Below the pieces are notes generated by a model. It was not told where the DNA came from. It was given only the letters and a program-made list of their open reading frames with translations, and ran no database searches. From contig CAWGIE010000019.1 of the NCBI GenBank assembly GCA_963822585.1, forward strand, positions 1 through 64,000: 64,000 nucleotides of DNA, read 5' to 3'. The DNA comes from an uncultured bacterium. Lineage in GTDB: Bacteria > Auribacterota > Erginobacteria > Erginobacterales > Erginobacteraceae. Position numbers and translations under genes: made by a program. Positions 40,002 through 50,800 of this stretch are shown here, one piece after another. Position 1 is the first letter of the stretch. The number at the start of each line of letters is the position of its first letter.

Positions 40002-40784
40002 TTACTTCACCAGCCGTCTCTTGATCAGCTTGACGGCCAGCCAGGAGGCGAGGAACGTGAAGACCGCCATCCAGACGACGTCCCCGAGAAGGTGAACGGA
40101 GACGTTTCCGGTGGCAAAAGCCCGCGACAGGTTCACCGCGTGGGTGAGCGGCATGAACCAGGAGACCGTCCGGACCCAGGACGGAAGCGCCGAGAGGGGG
40201 AAGAAAACCCCCGAGAAAAAAAACATGGGAGAGACCACCAGGCTGAAGTAGTAGGCGAAGTAATCGTAGGACGGCGAGAAGGCCGTGACGGTCAGGGAGA
40301 GGGACGCGAACATCAGTCCTTCGAGAACAAATAAGGGCGGACTGAGCAGGAGCCAGGGCGAACGCGCCAGCCCCCAGGGCACCAGCACGGCCAGGATGAT
40401 GAGCGCCGAGAAAAACCCCTTGCTCGCGCCCCAGAGGATCTCCCCCGCCGCCACCTCCTCGATGTTGACCGGGGTGGCCATGATCGCGTCGTACGTCTTC
40501 TGCGCGTCCATCCTGGTGAAGGCCCCGAAGGTGCACTCGAAGGTGGCCGCGTTCATCGCCGCCGCCACCATCAGGCCGGGAGCGATGTACTTGATGTAGG
40601 GCACGCCGTCGATGTCGGAGATGAACCGGGAGAGCCCGAGACCGAAGGCGAGGAGGAAGAGTATCGGCTCGGCCAGGTTCCCCACCAGGCTCGCCTTGTA
40701 GAACTTGAGCCAGGTGTCCCGGTTCCGCTGCCAGACCTTATAGGCCCGGCGGCCCACTCGCGGCGGTGTCAGCAGCTCGATCAT
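40002..40784 (-). CDS. ABC-2 permease (NodJ-like)
   Basis: EPILFLL..G.GL, PMFFFSG.FFP, PLTHAV. Confidence 0.9.
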   Translation of the reverse strand: MIELLTPPRVGRRAYKVWQRNRDTWLKFYKASLVGNLAEPILFLLAFGLGLSRFISDIDGVPYIKYIAPGLMVAAAMNAATFECTFGAFTRMDAQKTYDAIMATPVNIEEVAAGEILWGASKGFFSALIILAVLVPWGLARSPWLLLSPPLFVLEGLMFASLSLTVTAFSPSYDYFAYYFSLVVSPMFFFSGVFFPLSALPSWVRTVSWFMPLTHAVNLSRAFATGNVSVHLLGDVVWMAVFTFLASWLAVKLIKRRLVK

Positions 40785-41701
40785 TCCCGCAGCTCCCTCC
40801 CGGTCAGCTTGAGAAAGACGTCTTCCAGCGTCGCCTGCCGGTGGACGAAGCCGACCCGGGTGAAACACGAGGTCCGTTTGAGCACCGCCTCGGCATCGTC
40901 GGTGTAGACGAATATGGTATCGCCCGAGGTCTCGGACTCATGCTCGATCATCTCCAGGCAGGCGAGGACTTCATCGGTATCTTCGCCGCCGATGGTAAAC
41001 TCGAACACACTGCCGCGGACGTGCTTTTTCAGAAGCTCCCGCGGCGACCCCCCGTCCAGTATCTTGCCGTTATCCATGATCACCAGCCGGTCGCAGAGCT
41101 GCGCCGCCTCGTCCATGTTGTGCGTCGTCAGGGCCAGGGTCCGTCCCGTCCTTTTCAGGCCCCGGAGCTTCTGCCAGATCAGGTGCCGGGCCTGGGGATC
41201 GAGCCCGGTGGTCGGCTCGTCGAGAATAATCAGCTCCGGATCGTTGATCAGCGCCCGGGCCACCATCAGGCGGCGCTTCATCCCCCCCGAAAGGTTGGTT
41301 ATCTTCTCGTTTTTCCTGTCCAGAAGGGAAACGAAATCGAGGAGGGACTCGGCTTTTTCAAGCGCCGGCTTTTTCGGAATATCAAAGTAGCGCGCGTAGA
41401 CATGGAGGTTCTCGATCACGCTCAGGTCGGGGTCGAGGTTGTTCTCCTGGGGGACGACGCCGAGCCGGGCCTTGATCCGGCGGGGATTTTTTCCGATCTC
41501 CATCCCGAATACCGTCAGTTCACCCCCGGAGAGCGGGCTGCGGCCCTCGACCATGTTCATGGTGGTCGTCTTGCCGGCGCCGTTGGGGCCGAGAATGCCG
41601 AAGCATTCGGCCTTTCTCACCTCGAAATCTATCCCCCGCACCGCCGGAAAGCCGGAGTAGTCCTTGTAAAGCCCGGCCGCCTTGATCACGATTTCACTCA
41701 T
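40781..41701 (-). CDS. ABC ATP-binding protein (NodI-like)
   Basis: GPNGAGKT, LSGGMKRR, LDEPTTGLD. Confidence 0.93.
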   Translation of the reverse strand: MSEIVIKAAGLYKDYSGFPAVRGIDFEVRKAECFGILGPNGAGKTTTMNMVEGRSPLSGGELTVFGMEIGKNPRRIKARLGVVPQENNLDPDLSVIENLHVYARYFDIPKKPALEKAESLLDFVSLLDRKNEKITNLSGGMKRRLMVARALINDPELIILDEPTTGLDPQARHLIWQKLRGLKRTGRTLALTTHNMDEAAQLCDRLVIMDNGKILDGGSPRELLKKHVRGSVFEFTIGGEDTDEVLACLEMIEHESETSGDTIFVYTDDAEAVLKRTSCFTRVGFVHRQATLEDVFLKLTGRELRE

Positions 41702-42028
41702 AATAAATTAGCTCGCTACGCTCGCAAATTTATTAGTTTTGAACAACGCCCGGGTTGATTCCTCCGGGGCAATGATATCAAACGATTTATTTATTGTGCG
41801 CCAGAGGCGCATCCCGATGGCTATCGGGGAAATTCCGAAGCAACAACGTTCAAAGCGGGGAAACGATCCACACACTATACGGCTCCCGCGGCCATATCCA
41901 AGCAAATTTTTCTCTGTTCGATTCCGCGATATTTTTTTCTCGCCCGGCACGGGCCGCATAGTATAATTGTCGCCCTCGTTTTCGGCTCCGGCCGGATTGA
42001 CGAGTACGCTGGACCGAGGAGAAAACCG

Positions 42029-42394
42029 ATGTCTCACATCATTCGCTACAACGAATCCGGTCACTATATCCTGTTGGTCGTCACCGGCAGGTTCACTATC
42101 GCCGACCTCAAGCACATCGCCCCCAAGGTGGCGGCGGTCAGCGGGAAGAAGGGCTGCTTCCGGGTCCTCATCGACATGCGGGCGGCCGGCGTTGACTTAT
42201 CTTTTATGGACGTGTTCAACGGCCCCCGTTTCATCGACGAAGCCGGCATCAGCCGCCGGACCAAAAGAGCGCTGGTCGTCCCCGCCAGTTTTGCCGAAGC
42301 CGACTTCCTGGAGACCGTGAGCCGCAACCAAGGGCAGAACCTGAAGGTGTTCCGGGACCCCGAAGAGGCCCTGGACTGGCTGCTCGGCGATTAA
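42029..42394 (+). CDS. SpoIIAA/STAS-like hypothetical protein
   Basis: VLIDMR and VF.D.EEAL.WL patterns. Confidence 0.7.
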   Translation: MSHIIRYNESGHYILLVVTGRFTIADLKHIAPKVAAVSGKKGCFRVLIDMRAAGVDLSFMDVFNGPRFIDEAGISRRTKRALVVPASFAEADFLETVSRNQGQNLKVFRDPEEALDWLLGD

Positions 42395-42549
42395 CCTCCA
42401 GAACCCCCTTCCTTTTAGAGGGTAACGCAAGATAATCGGACTGATGCCTTCCCATCGACCGGTGTCCCCCGCGGTAGTTAAGCGAGACGGCTGTTGAACA
42501 TCGTCAAGCTCCAGCACGTAGAATAATATAACACCACCAGGGAACGATA

Positions 42550-43089
42550 ATGCCGCTGAAGCGAATTGCATCATACCTATCGTCCAACCTGATCGCCGGC
42601 CTGAAGAAGCCCCCCTTTCCGGCGCCCCGGCAGGCGCTGCTGCCCATACCCCTTTACGCGGCCGGCGCCCTGGCGATCGGGTTCGGTTCGGGGCTTTTCA
42701 CCCCCGGTCTTCTCCGCTGGCCGCTCGCCTTTATCCTTCCGTTTACCCTTCTTGTCTTCCCCTCGCTGGTCGAGGAAGCGTTCTTCCGGGGGATCCTGAT
42801 CCCGATCGACACGGGGGAGAAGAAACCGGGGAAGATCGTTCTCTCCCTCCTTTGCAGCACCACGGTCTTCGTCGCCTGGCACCCCCTGAACGCGCTCACC
42901 CTCACCCCGGCGGCGGCTCCCGTCTTCTACAACCCCTATTTTCTGGCCATAACGGCCCTCCTCGGAATCGCCTGCGGCGTCGCCTACATCTACTCGCGAT
43001 CGCTCTGGCTGCCCGTGATCATCCACTGGGGCACCGTCCTGGTCTGGGTCGTCTTCCTGGGCGGCAGAAACAGGATTCTCGATCTCTAA
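42550..43089 (+). CDS. CPBP (CAAX/Abi) intramembrane metalloprotease
   Basis: EEAFFRG, FVAWH, SLW..VIIH. Confidence 0.88.
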   Translation: MPLKRIASYLSSNLIAGLKKPPFPAPRQALLPIPLYAAGALAIGFGSGLFTPGLLRWPLAFILPFTLLVFPSLVEEAFFRGILIPIDTGEKKPGKIVLSLLCSTTVFVAWHPLNALTLTPAAAPVFYNPYFLAITALLGIACGVAYIYSRSLWLPVIIHWGTVLVWVVFLGGRNRILDL

Positions 43090-43264
43090 CGCTACGGGCC
43101 GGCTTTCCAAAGACCCGGATTGAAATATTATTGAACATAGCCCGACCCGATTTGTTCTAAATTAAGTACCGTCCGGGATGGACGGCGAGAAATATTCATG
43201 GGAATCTTTTTGTATTTTCTTTTATTAAAAGTACAATAGAGCCGCATAAAGGAGGATTCGAATC

Positions 43265-43792
43265 ATGATCAAAGCAAAACCGGCGGTGACAATGCTCTCC
43301 CTGGCGCTCCTGATCGGGGTGGGCTTGAGCGGATGCGATACCGGGACGATGAGGAACGGATCGGACATCACCATGGAGAAGGCCCCCGACTTCACCCTGG
43401 AAAAGCTGGGGGGGGGCAAGGTCAGCCTTTCCGATTATCGCGGAAAGATCCTCATCATCGATTTCTGGGCCACCTGGTGTCCTCCCTGCCGGATGGAGAT
43501 GCCGGAATTCGTCGAACTTTACCGGGATTATGCCGACAAGGGCGTGGAGATAATCGGGATCAGCATCGATCAGAATCCGCAGGCCGTCCTTCCCGCCTTC
43601 GTCGAGAAATATAAAATCAATTTCCCCATCCTCCTCACCGATCGGAAGGTGGACCGGGCGTACGGCGGAATATCCGGCATCCCCACCACATTTGTCGTCG
43701 ACCGGGAAGGAAAGGTCTATAAACAATATGTCGGTATGCGGCCCCGGGAGGTCTTTGAGGAGGCTATAAAGGCGTTGTTGGCGCAAAATTAA
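43265..43792 (+). CDS. TlpA-family thiol-disulfide oxidoreductase lipoprotein
   Basis: LSGC lipobox, FWATWCPPC..EMP, IPTT. Confidence 0.92.
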   Translation: MIKAKPAVTMLSLALLIGVGLSGCDTGTMRNGSDITMEKAPDFTLEKLGGGKVSLSDYRGKILIIDFWATWCPPCRMEMPEFVELYRDYADKGVEIIGISIDQNPQAVLPAFVEKYKINFPILLTDRKVDRAYGGISGIPTTFVVDREGKVYKQYVGMRPREVFEEAIKALLAQN

Positions 43793-43956
43793 TCCAGGCA
43801 GCAACGATTTGATGCCGGGCCATCTGAATTCATTAAACTTAAACGGGGTAGTGGAGTGATGGAGTAATGGGGACCATCAGCCGGAAGGGGCCATGCCTCC
43901 ACTACTCCAACACTCCAATACTCCATCACTCCCTGCTTGCAATACCCGATTATTTC

Positions 43957-44136
43957 ATGAATAACTCATATCCCGCATCCAGGCTTAAACGTATTCTCCA
44001 GAAACGCTTTCGCCCGGTTTGCCTGCTCCTTCTTTTGGGGATCGTCATGATCATCATGGGTGTCGTCCTCCAGGAGAACCAGGCGACACTGAGAAACGCC
44101 CTCTACCTCTGTCTCGACTGTATAGGGATCGGCTGA
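43957..44136 (+). CDS. CD1871A-family small CxxC membrane protein
   Basis: TM helix and C-terminal CLDCIGIG. Confidence 0.8.
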   Translation: MNNSYPASRLKRILQKRFRPVCLLLLLGIVMIIMGVVLQENQATLRNALYLCLDCIGIG

Positions 44137-44999
44137 TGCAGATAGCGCGCAGAATCATCCAGGTTGTCGCCGCGGTAGGGGTCAACTCGTCCTTCCTGCT
44201 CGGGCAGCCGCTGCCCAACAAGATCTATCAGGGACCGTTGAAGCAGATCTGTCAGCCGGGGCTGAACTGCTATGCCTGCCCCTACGCGGTGGGCGCCTGC
44301 CCGATCGGATCGCTCCAGTATTTCGTCGGCTACGGCTCCTATCATTTCTCCATTTACGTGGGCGGATTCCTGCTCCTTTTCGGCGGCATCCTGGGCCGGG
44401 TGGTCTGCGGGTGGCTCTGCCCCTTCGGGCTGCTCCAGGACCTGCTTTTCAAGATCAGGAGTCCTAAGCTGAAGTTCTTCGCCCCGCTGCGCCATCTGCG
44501 CTGGGCCGCCCTGCTCGGGCTGGTATTCCTGCTCCCCTTGCTGACCGGGTCCCCCTCCTACTGCCGCTACCTCTGTCCGGCCGGCGCCCTGGAAGGAGGG
44601 GTCCCCTTCGGCCTCTTCAGCAGCCAGGTCCGGCAGATCATCGGGAGCATGTACTTTATCAAGCTCGGGGTGCTGGCCTTTTTTCTCGGCGCTTCCGTCG
44701 TCACTTTCCGTTTCTTCTGCCGGACGGCGTGTCCCCTGGGACTGATCTACGGCTTCTTCAACCGGGTGTCATTGCTCGGTCTTTCCTGCGATTCCGAGCG
44801 CTGCACTCAATGCGGGTTATGCTCCAAAGCCTGCCCGGTGGACCTCGCCCCCGAGAAAGGCGAATACCGGCGCGGGGAATGTATCCTCTGCCTGAAATGC
44901 CGCGACGCCTGCCCCCAGGGATGCTTCACCTTCGGGCTGAAAGCCGGGCAGACTTCCTCCCGCCGCGAGCGCGACCCCGAAAGAGAAACCGCCCCCTGA
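44136..44999 (+). CDS. Membrane 4Fe-4S protein (NapH/MauN-like)
   Basis: LNCYACP, CGWLCPFG, two C-terminal CxxCxxCxxxCP motifs. Confidence 0.88.
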   Translation: MQIARRIIQVVAAVGVNSSFLLGQPLPNKIYQGPLKQICQPGLNCYACPYAVGACPIGSLQYFVGYGSYHFSIYVGGFLLLFGGILGRVVCGWLCPFGLLQDLLFKIRSPKLKFFAPLRHLRWAALLGLVFLLPLLTGSPSYCRYLCPAGALEGGVPFGLFSSQVRQIIGSMYFIKLGVLAFFLGASVVTFRFFCRTACPLGLIYGFFNRVSLLGLSCDSERCTQCGLCSKACPVDLAPEKGEYRRGECILCLKCRDACPQGCFTFGLKAGQTSSRRERDPERETAP

Positions 45000-45399
45000 C
45001 CGATCTCCGGGCGGCACCAGGCTCCCCGGGAAATATTTCCGCGGTTCCCGCCGCCGGGATTGCTGTTCGCGCGTCTTCCCGATTCGAAATCTTATTTTTT
45101 CTTCCCCGATTAATGCTTCGGGGCGGGGCGAAAAAATAAGAGTGAAATACACTAAGTCTCTGGAAGAATGATATCCAGGGAACTAAATATCGGCCGATGT
45201 ATAAAAGCTTTTTTTGCGCGATTGCCTCCATGGAATTATGTCTGTTTAGGCAACAGACCCCGATTGAATCAATCGGGGTCCACTATTAATGAGCGCCGAA
45301 GGCGCTCATTAATAAAATAGTGCTTGACTTGCGGTCCAACTTCTTTATTTTGTGAAGATCGTTTTCCTGAAATCCGATTAATGTAAAGGAGGGAAGGTC

Positions 45400-45570
45400 A
45401 TGGCGTATCATATTAGTGATGAATGTGTCTCCTGCGGGACCTGCCAGCCGGAGTGTCCGGTTGAGGCAATTTCGGAAGGGACACCGTATGTCATCGATCC
45501 CGAGAAGTGCGTCGACTGCGGCGCCTGCGCGGCCGTCTGCCCCGTTGAAGCAATCTCAGAAGGCGAATAG
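45400..45570 (+). CDS. 2x[4Fe-4S] ferredoxin, 56 aa (not in the ORF track)
   Basis: Hand translation MAYHISDECVSCGTCQPECPVEAISEGTPYVIDPEKCVDCGACAAVCPVEAISEGE; AGGAGG RBS. Confidence 0.95.
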   Translation: MAYHISDECVSCGTCQPECPVEAISEGTPYVIDPEKCVDCGACAAVCPVEAISEGE

Positions 45571-45634
45571 ACAGAACGTCTCTTACCGCCGGCCGCGCGG
45601 CCGGGCGATAAGAGAAAATCCAGGGGATTAACCC

Positions 45635-46021
45635 ATGCTTTCAAGATCAATGATCAAGTGGCCGTATCTGACGGTCGGTCTTTTCGTAGCCGGAATGCTC
45701 TGCCTCTCATCGCCGGGCTGGGGCGGACTCCTCCTTTCCCGGACGCAGGGAGCGGAGACAGCCGACTTTTCCCGGCTGTGCCTGGAGAAAGAGATCATAA
45801 CCGGCGCCCTGGTCCGGATGGGCTGGAGCCGGGAAGACGCGGTCGAGCGGCTGGCATTGCTCCCGGAAGGGGAGATTCACCGGTTCGCGAACGCGCTGGA
45901 TACGGTCCGGGCCGGGGGGGAAGAAGAGAATAAAGACTCCCGGGCTCTCGGAGTCGGCCTGGTTATCGTTGTTGTGCTGCTCGGCATCACCGGCATCTAT
46001 CTCTTCGCCAATTCGGATTAA
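45635..46021 (+). CDS. PA2779-like exported protein
   Basis: Signal peptide, L...G.....A.ERLA.L...E helix, AGG, then C-terminal TM. Confidence 0.7.
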   Translation: MLSRSMIKWPYLTVGLFVAGMLCLSSPGWGGLLLSRTQGAETADFSRLCLEKEIITGALVRMGWSREDAVERLALLPEGEIHRFANALDTVRAGGEEENKDSRALGVGLVIVVVLLGITGIYLFANSD

Positions 46022-46108
46022 AACCCCCCGGGCAGTCACCCAAACGGCCCGGCCGGGCGGCGGCGCTACCGGCACCGCCTCCCCGCCGGTGGATGTGATT
46101 CTCCCGCC

Positions 46109-46654
46109 ATGAATTCATACGGGGTCTTCCTTGTCTCCCAGCTTTTTCTTCTCTCCGCCCCGCCCACCCCCTGCCCCGCCCCGGCCGCCACTCCCGGCAG
46201 CCATGTAATCAGCGAGATCCCCTTCCAGCGTCAGGAACGGGAATACTGCGGACCGGCCGCTCTGGCCATGGTCTTCGGCTATTATAAAGTCGTCATTCCC
46301 CAGGAAAAGCTGGCCGGCGAAATCTATCAGAAGAAACTCGACGGGGCGCTTAACCTGGACATGCTGATCTCCGCCCGGCGCCACGGTTTTGCCGCCGAGG
46401 CCCCGGAGGGATCGCTCTCCCTGCTCAAAGCATCTCTCCGGCGGGACATCCCCGTTATCGTGATGGTCCGGGCCGGCACATCCCCCGAACGGTATCACTA
46501 CCTGATCGTTTACGGGTACGATGACGCCGCGGATAAATTGTCCATCTATTCGGGGGGAACCGAACCCGGGACCGTTTCTTACCGGGACTTCGACGATAAG
46601 TGGAAAGCGACCGGCCGGTGGATGCTGATTATTGAACAGAAACAGGATTTGTAA
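46109..46654 (+). CDS. C39-like cysteine peptidase (PA2778-like)
   Basis: Q...YCGPAALAMV, HYLIVYGYD. Confidence 0.85.
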   Translation: MNSYGVFLVSQLFLLSAPPTPCPAPAATPGSHVISEIPFQRQEREYCGPAALAMVFGYYKVVIPQEKLAGEIYQKKLDGALNLDMLISARRHGFAAEAPEGSLSLLKASLRRDIPVIVMVRAGTSPERYHYLIVYGYDDAADKLSIYSGGTEPGTVSYRDFDDKWKATGRWMLIIEQKQDL

Positions 46655-46865
46655 TCGGATTAGAAGATCTTGGGAAGACCCTGTCAGTATCAAAATCGAT
46701 ATTCCCCAATAGCAAAAATCAGAAATCCGAAATTCGAAACCCGAAACCCGAATGACGAAGGAGCTTGTATCTCGCGGGCGGATAAAAATTTGAAACTGAA
46801 CATTCTTTCGGGTTTCGGATTTCAGGTTTCGGGTTTCGGGTTTCGGGTTTCGTCATTTGAATTCC

Positions 46866-47621
46866 ATGCTTAATAAAATACATATCTTTATTGTCCCCTT
46901 CTTCTTATCGCTCCTTGTCTTCGTATCGGCAGCCTGTTCCGGCTACCGGATGACCGTCCAGGGGGTGAACCTCGATCATTTTATCGAAAGCCACCCGGCC
47001 GGGGCCGGGGCCCCGGACCTGCAGCAGGAGGCGGTCTATCATAACGACCTGGGGGTGCTTTTGGAACGCGACGGCGACCTGAGAGGCGCGCTCACGCAGT
47101 ACCAGCTGGCCCGGAAGAAAGACCCGGACCTGGTTTTGGCCTACATCAACGCCGGGAACGTCCTGGTCAAGATGAATGAATTAATCGAGGCCGAGCAGCT
47201 GTACCGCCAGGCGCTGGAACGGGAACCGGACCAGCCCCAGGCGCTCAATAACATGGCCTGGGTTCTCCTCCTTCGCGGGGAGAAACCGGCCGGGGCCATC
47301 ACCCTGCTGGAGAGGGCCATCGAGGTCGACGCGGAGAACCGCTACCGGTACCTGGACAGCCTCGGCTGGGCGCTCTACCGTGACGGCCGGATCGAGGAAG
47401 CCGCGCAGACGCTGGCCCGGGCCCTGGAGGAGACACCGCCCGCCGAAGACTATCTTCTGGGGGAGACCCACTATCATCTGGGTCTGATCTGCCTCGAACG
47501 GGGCGAGAAGCAGGCGGCGGACGAACACTTCCGGAAGAGCCTCGAGATCTATCCCTCGCCGGAGCGGGAGGCGGAGATAAACGAAATGACGAAGGACGAG
47601 GGACGAAGGACGAAAGAATGA
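46866..47621 (+). CDS. TPR lipoprotein
   Basis: SAAC lipobox; several TPRs (ALNNMAW, LDSLGW). Confidence 0.85.
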   Translation: MLNKIHIFIVPFFLSLLVFVSAACSGYRMTVQGVNLDHFIESHPAGAGAPDLQQEAVYHNDLGVLLERDGDLRGALTQYQLARKKDPDLVLAYINAGNVLVKMNELIEAEQLYRQALEREPDQPQALNNMAWVLLLRGEKPAGAITLLERAIEVDAENRYRYLDSLGWALYRDGRIEEAAQTLARALEETPPAEDYLLGETHYHLGLICLERGEKQAADEHFRKSLEIYPSPEREAEINEMTKDEGRRTKE

Positions 47622-47809
47622 CGAATGACGAAAGAGGCCCGGCGGGGGAATTCGTGTAATTCGCGAAATTCGTAGTTTAAATAGAGGGGGGGCGAGGTAA
47701 TTCGTGTAGATTCGCGCGATTCGTGGTTTATTAAAGAGGGCGAGGCGGGGGGAACTTTTGCGTTTTTTGCGCCTTTTTGCGGCTAATAAAAGGGACCGGG
47801 GCAGAGGGA

Positions 47810-50800
47810 ATGGAAACGAACCCGATCATCGAGACGATCACCAGCCAGGACGCCTCTCTCCGGAACCGAACGGCGGAGGAACTTCTCGACGGGAAACCCT
47901 TTTCCTGGCTTCTTGACCGGGCCAAGGAACTGGAGAGGTTCCTCAAGGACTGCTCCAATCTCTATCAGCGAGTCCGCGCCTGTCTCTTCCTCTTTGCCCT
48001 CTACCGCTTCTATCTCCCGGCGGCGCGGAAGACTTCCGGCCGGGGATTTATTCCCCATTCCGCCGCCCGGCAGATGTTGAGCCGGAACTGGGCGGCCGCG
48101 ATCAGGCTGCTCCGGCCGGCACTCAAGCTGGGAGCAGCCGACATCGTTCTCAGCGCGCTGGCCGAAGCCTATTATCGGCTGGCCTTCAGCTACCTCCTCG
48201 ACCAGATCCATGATTCCATCAGCCGGGCGCCGGGGAACGAATGGCTCTACCGCCTGACCTCGATCGACAACTACCCGCTCCGGGTGCCGGATGAACTGGC
48301 CGAATCGGGTCCCGATACCGGCCTCCACCCCCTGGGTTATGACTGCTGCCCGGTCCGGATAGATCCCTGCCATTCGGGGTGGTCGGATATCTTCTTTCTG
48401 GCCATGGATTATCCCGAAGGGGCCCGGGTCATCAACCTCTCGGTCGATATCGCCCGGCAGGGCACGGGGGCGCCCCGGCCGCCGATCGAATGCTACAGCC
48501 GGGTCATCGACCGGGCGGCCATCCGCCTGGTCTCGCTCGATCTGGGGATCGTCCGGAATATCACCACCACCACCGACCTCTTCGACTTCGGCCTCGACCG
48601 ACTCGGTCTTTTGAAAGCGGGGGTGATCGCGGCCGGTATCGTCCCCCCAGCTTTCAAGGATAACCGGCTGGCTGTCCTCAAGATCCTCCGCCGGATGCTG
48701 GGCCGGGGGCGGGGCATAGAACTGGTCACCCGGGTCCGGGACCTCCCCCCGGGCTCCCGGATGGCGGTCTCCACTACCCTGCTCGCCGCCATCATCACCC
48801 GCCTGATGCGCCAGACCGGCCAGATTACTTCGCCCGAGGGAGAACTGAGCGATAAGGAACGCCGGCTGGTGGCTTCCCGGGCCATCCTCGGCGAATGGCT
48901 GGGCGGATCGGGGGGCGGCTGGCAGGATTCAGGCGCCCTCTGGCCCGGGATCAAACTCATAGAAGGCGTCCCGGCCCGGAACGGCGACCCGGAATACGGT
49001 ATCAGCCGGGGGAGGCTGCTCCCCGAGTACCGGGTGATCCCCCCGGAGGAACTCCCCCCCCGCCTGGATGAGATACTCCGGGAAAGCGTCGTCCTCGTCC
49101 ACGGGGGTTTGGCCCGTGACGTGGGACCGGTCCTGGAACTGGTGACGGACAAGTACCTCCTCCGCTACCGGCGGGAGTGGGAGGCGCGAGTGCGGGAATC
49201 CGGATACTTCGACCGGATCGTGGCCGCCATCCGCCGCGGCGACATGGCCGCGCTGGGGGCGGCCACCACCGAGGACTGGGAGAGGGGGACCAAGCGGATC
49301 ATCCCCTGGGCGACGGACGCCTATACCGAAGAGCTGATCGCCCGGGTCCGCGAGAGATGGGGAGACGACTACCGCGGTTTTCTCATGCTCGGCGGCCAGG
49401 CGGGCGGGGGGATGGCTTTCATCTTCAACCCGGCCGTTCACCGTGATGTCGTCGGGAATTTGGAGCAACTGATGGGCGAGGTCAAGCGGCGGTATGAACG
49501 CGCCCTCCCCTTCGCCATGGAACCGGCGATCTTCGACTTCACCCTCAACAACACCGGGATCCGGGGCGAACTCCGCCGGGAGGGAGACGCCCTCCTCCCC
49601 GAAGACTATTACCGCCTGATCCTCTCCGATCCCTCCTTCCGGCCGGAAGCGAAGATGCAGATCCCCCCGGCCCCGGAGGTCGAGCGGGCCCGGCGCCGGT
49701 ACGGATTGGCCGGATCCGGACCGGAGGCCACCCCGGCGGGCGGCGGCGGGAGGGAGGAGGCCGCGGCCGGGTTCGGTGAGCCGGTCCCCCCCGCGCTCCT
49801 GCGCCGCTTCGGTTTCGATGCCGAGCTGCACGCGCGGAACCGGAAACTCTACCGGGAAGGGGAGATCGGACTCGCCCGGAACCGTCTCCCCGAAGAATGC
49901 CTGATCGAGGATGCCGGGCCCGAAGACGTCACTCCGGTCCCCCGGGAGGGGAGCGCGATTTTCCGGGAGTGCCGGAAACGGGGGGAAGAAGCGATTCGGG
50001 AGGGAAAGGCGGCGGTGGTGACCTTCGGGGCCGGGCTGGGCAGCCGGTGGGCGGGGGGAGCCGACATGGTCAAGCTCTTGAATCCCTTTTTGATGATGGA
50101 GGGCCGGCACCGCTCCTTTCTGGAGATCCATCTCGCCAAGACCGCGAAGACCGGCCGGGACTTCGACCGGCCTCTCCAGCATGCCCTCACCACCAGTTTC
50201 CTGACCCATGACCCTATCGCCGAAACTCTCTCCCGGACCGGGAATTTCGGATCCCCCGGTCCGGTCTACCTCTCCCCTTCCCGCTCCATCATCCAGCGGC
50301 TGTGCCCCCGGGAAGACGACCTGAGGGAATTCTGGAAGCCCCGGCTCCGGCTGATTCACGATCCGGAACAGCGGAAAATCGCCCGGCAGCGGGTCGAACG
50401 GCTGGTCCGGTGGGCGGCCGCCCTCGGCCCGGGAGAGGATTTCAACGGGAACGTTCCCCGGAAGAGATTCTATCCCCCCGGACACTGGTACGAAATCCCC
50501 GGCCTGATCCGGAACGGCACCCTGGGTAAAATGATCATTGATAACCCGGGATTGAACTACCTGCTGGTCCATAATGCCGATACCCTGGGGGCCTCCCTCG
50601 ATCCCCTCCTGCTCGGCCTCCACATCCTGAAGGAGAAGACGCTCAGTTTCGAGGTGGTTCCCCGTTTCTGGGGGGACCGGGGAGGATTTCTGGCCCGGAT
50701 CGACGGCGATCCTCGTATCATCGAGGCCGGCTGTCTGCCCCGGGAAGAAGACGAATTTCTCTTCTCTTACTACAATTCCCTCACCACCTGGATCACTATC

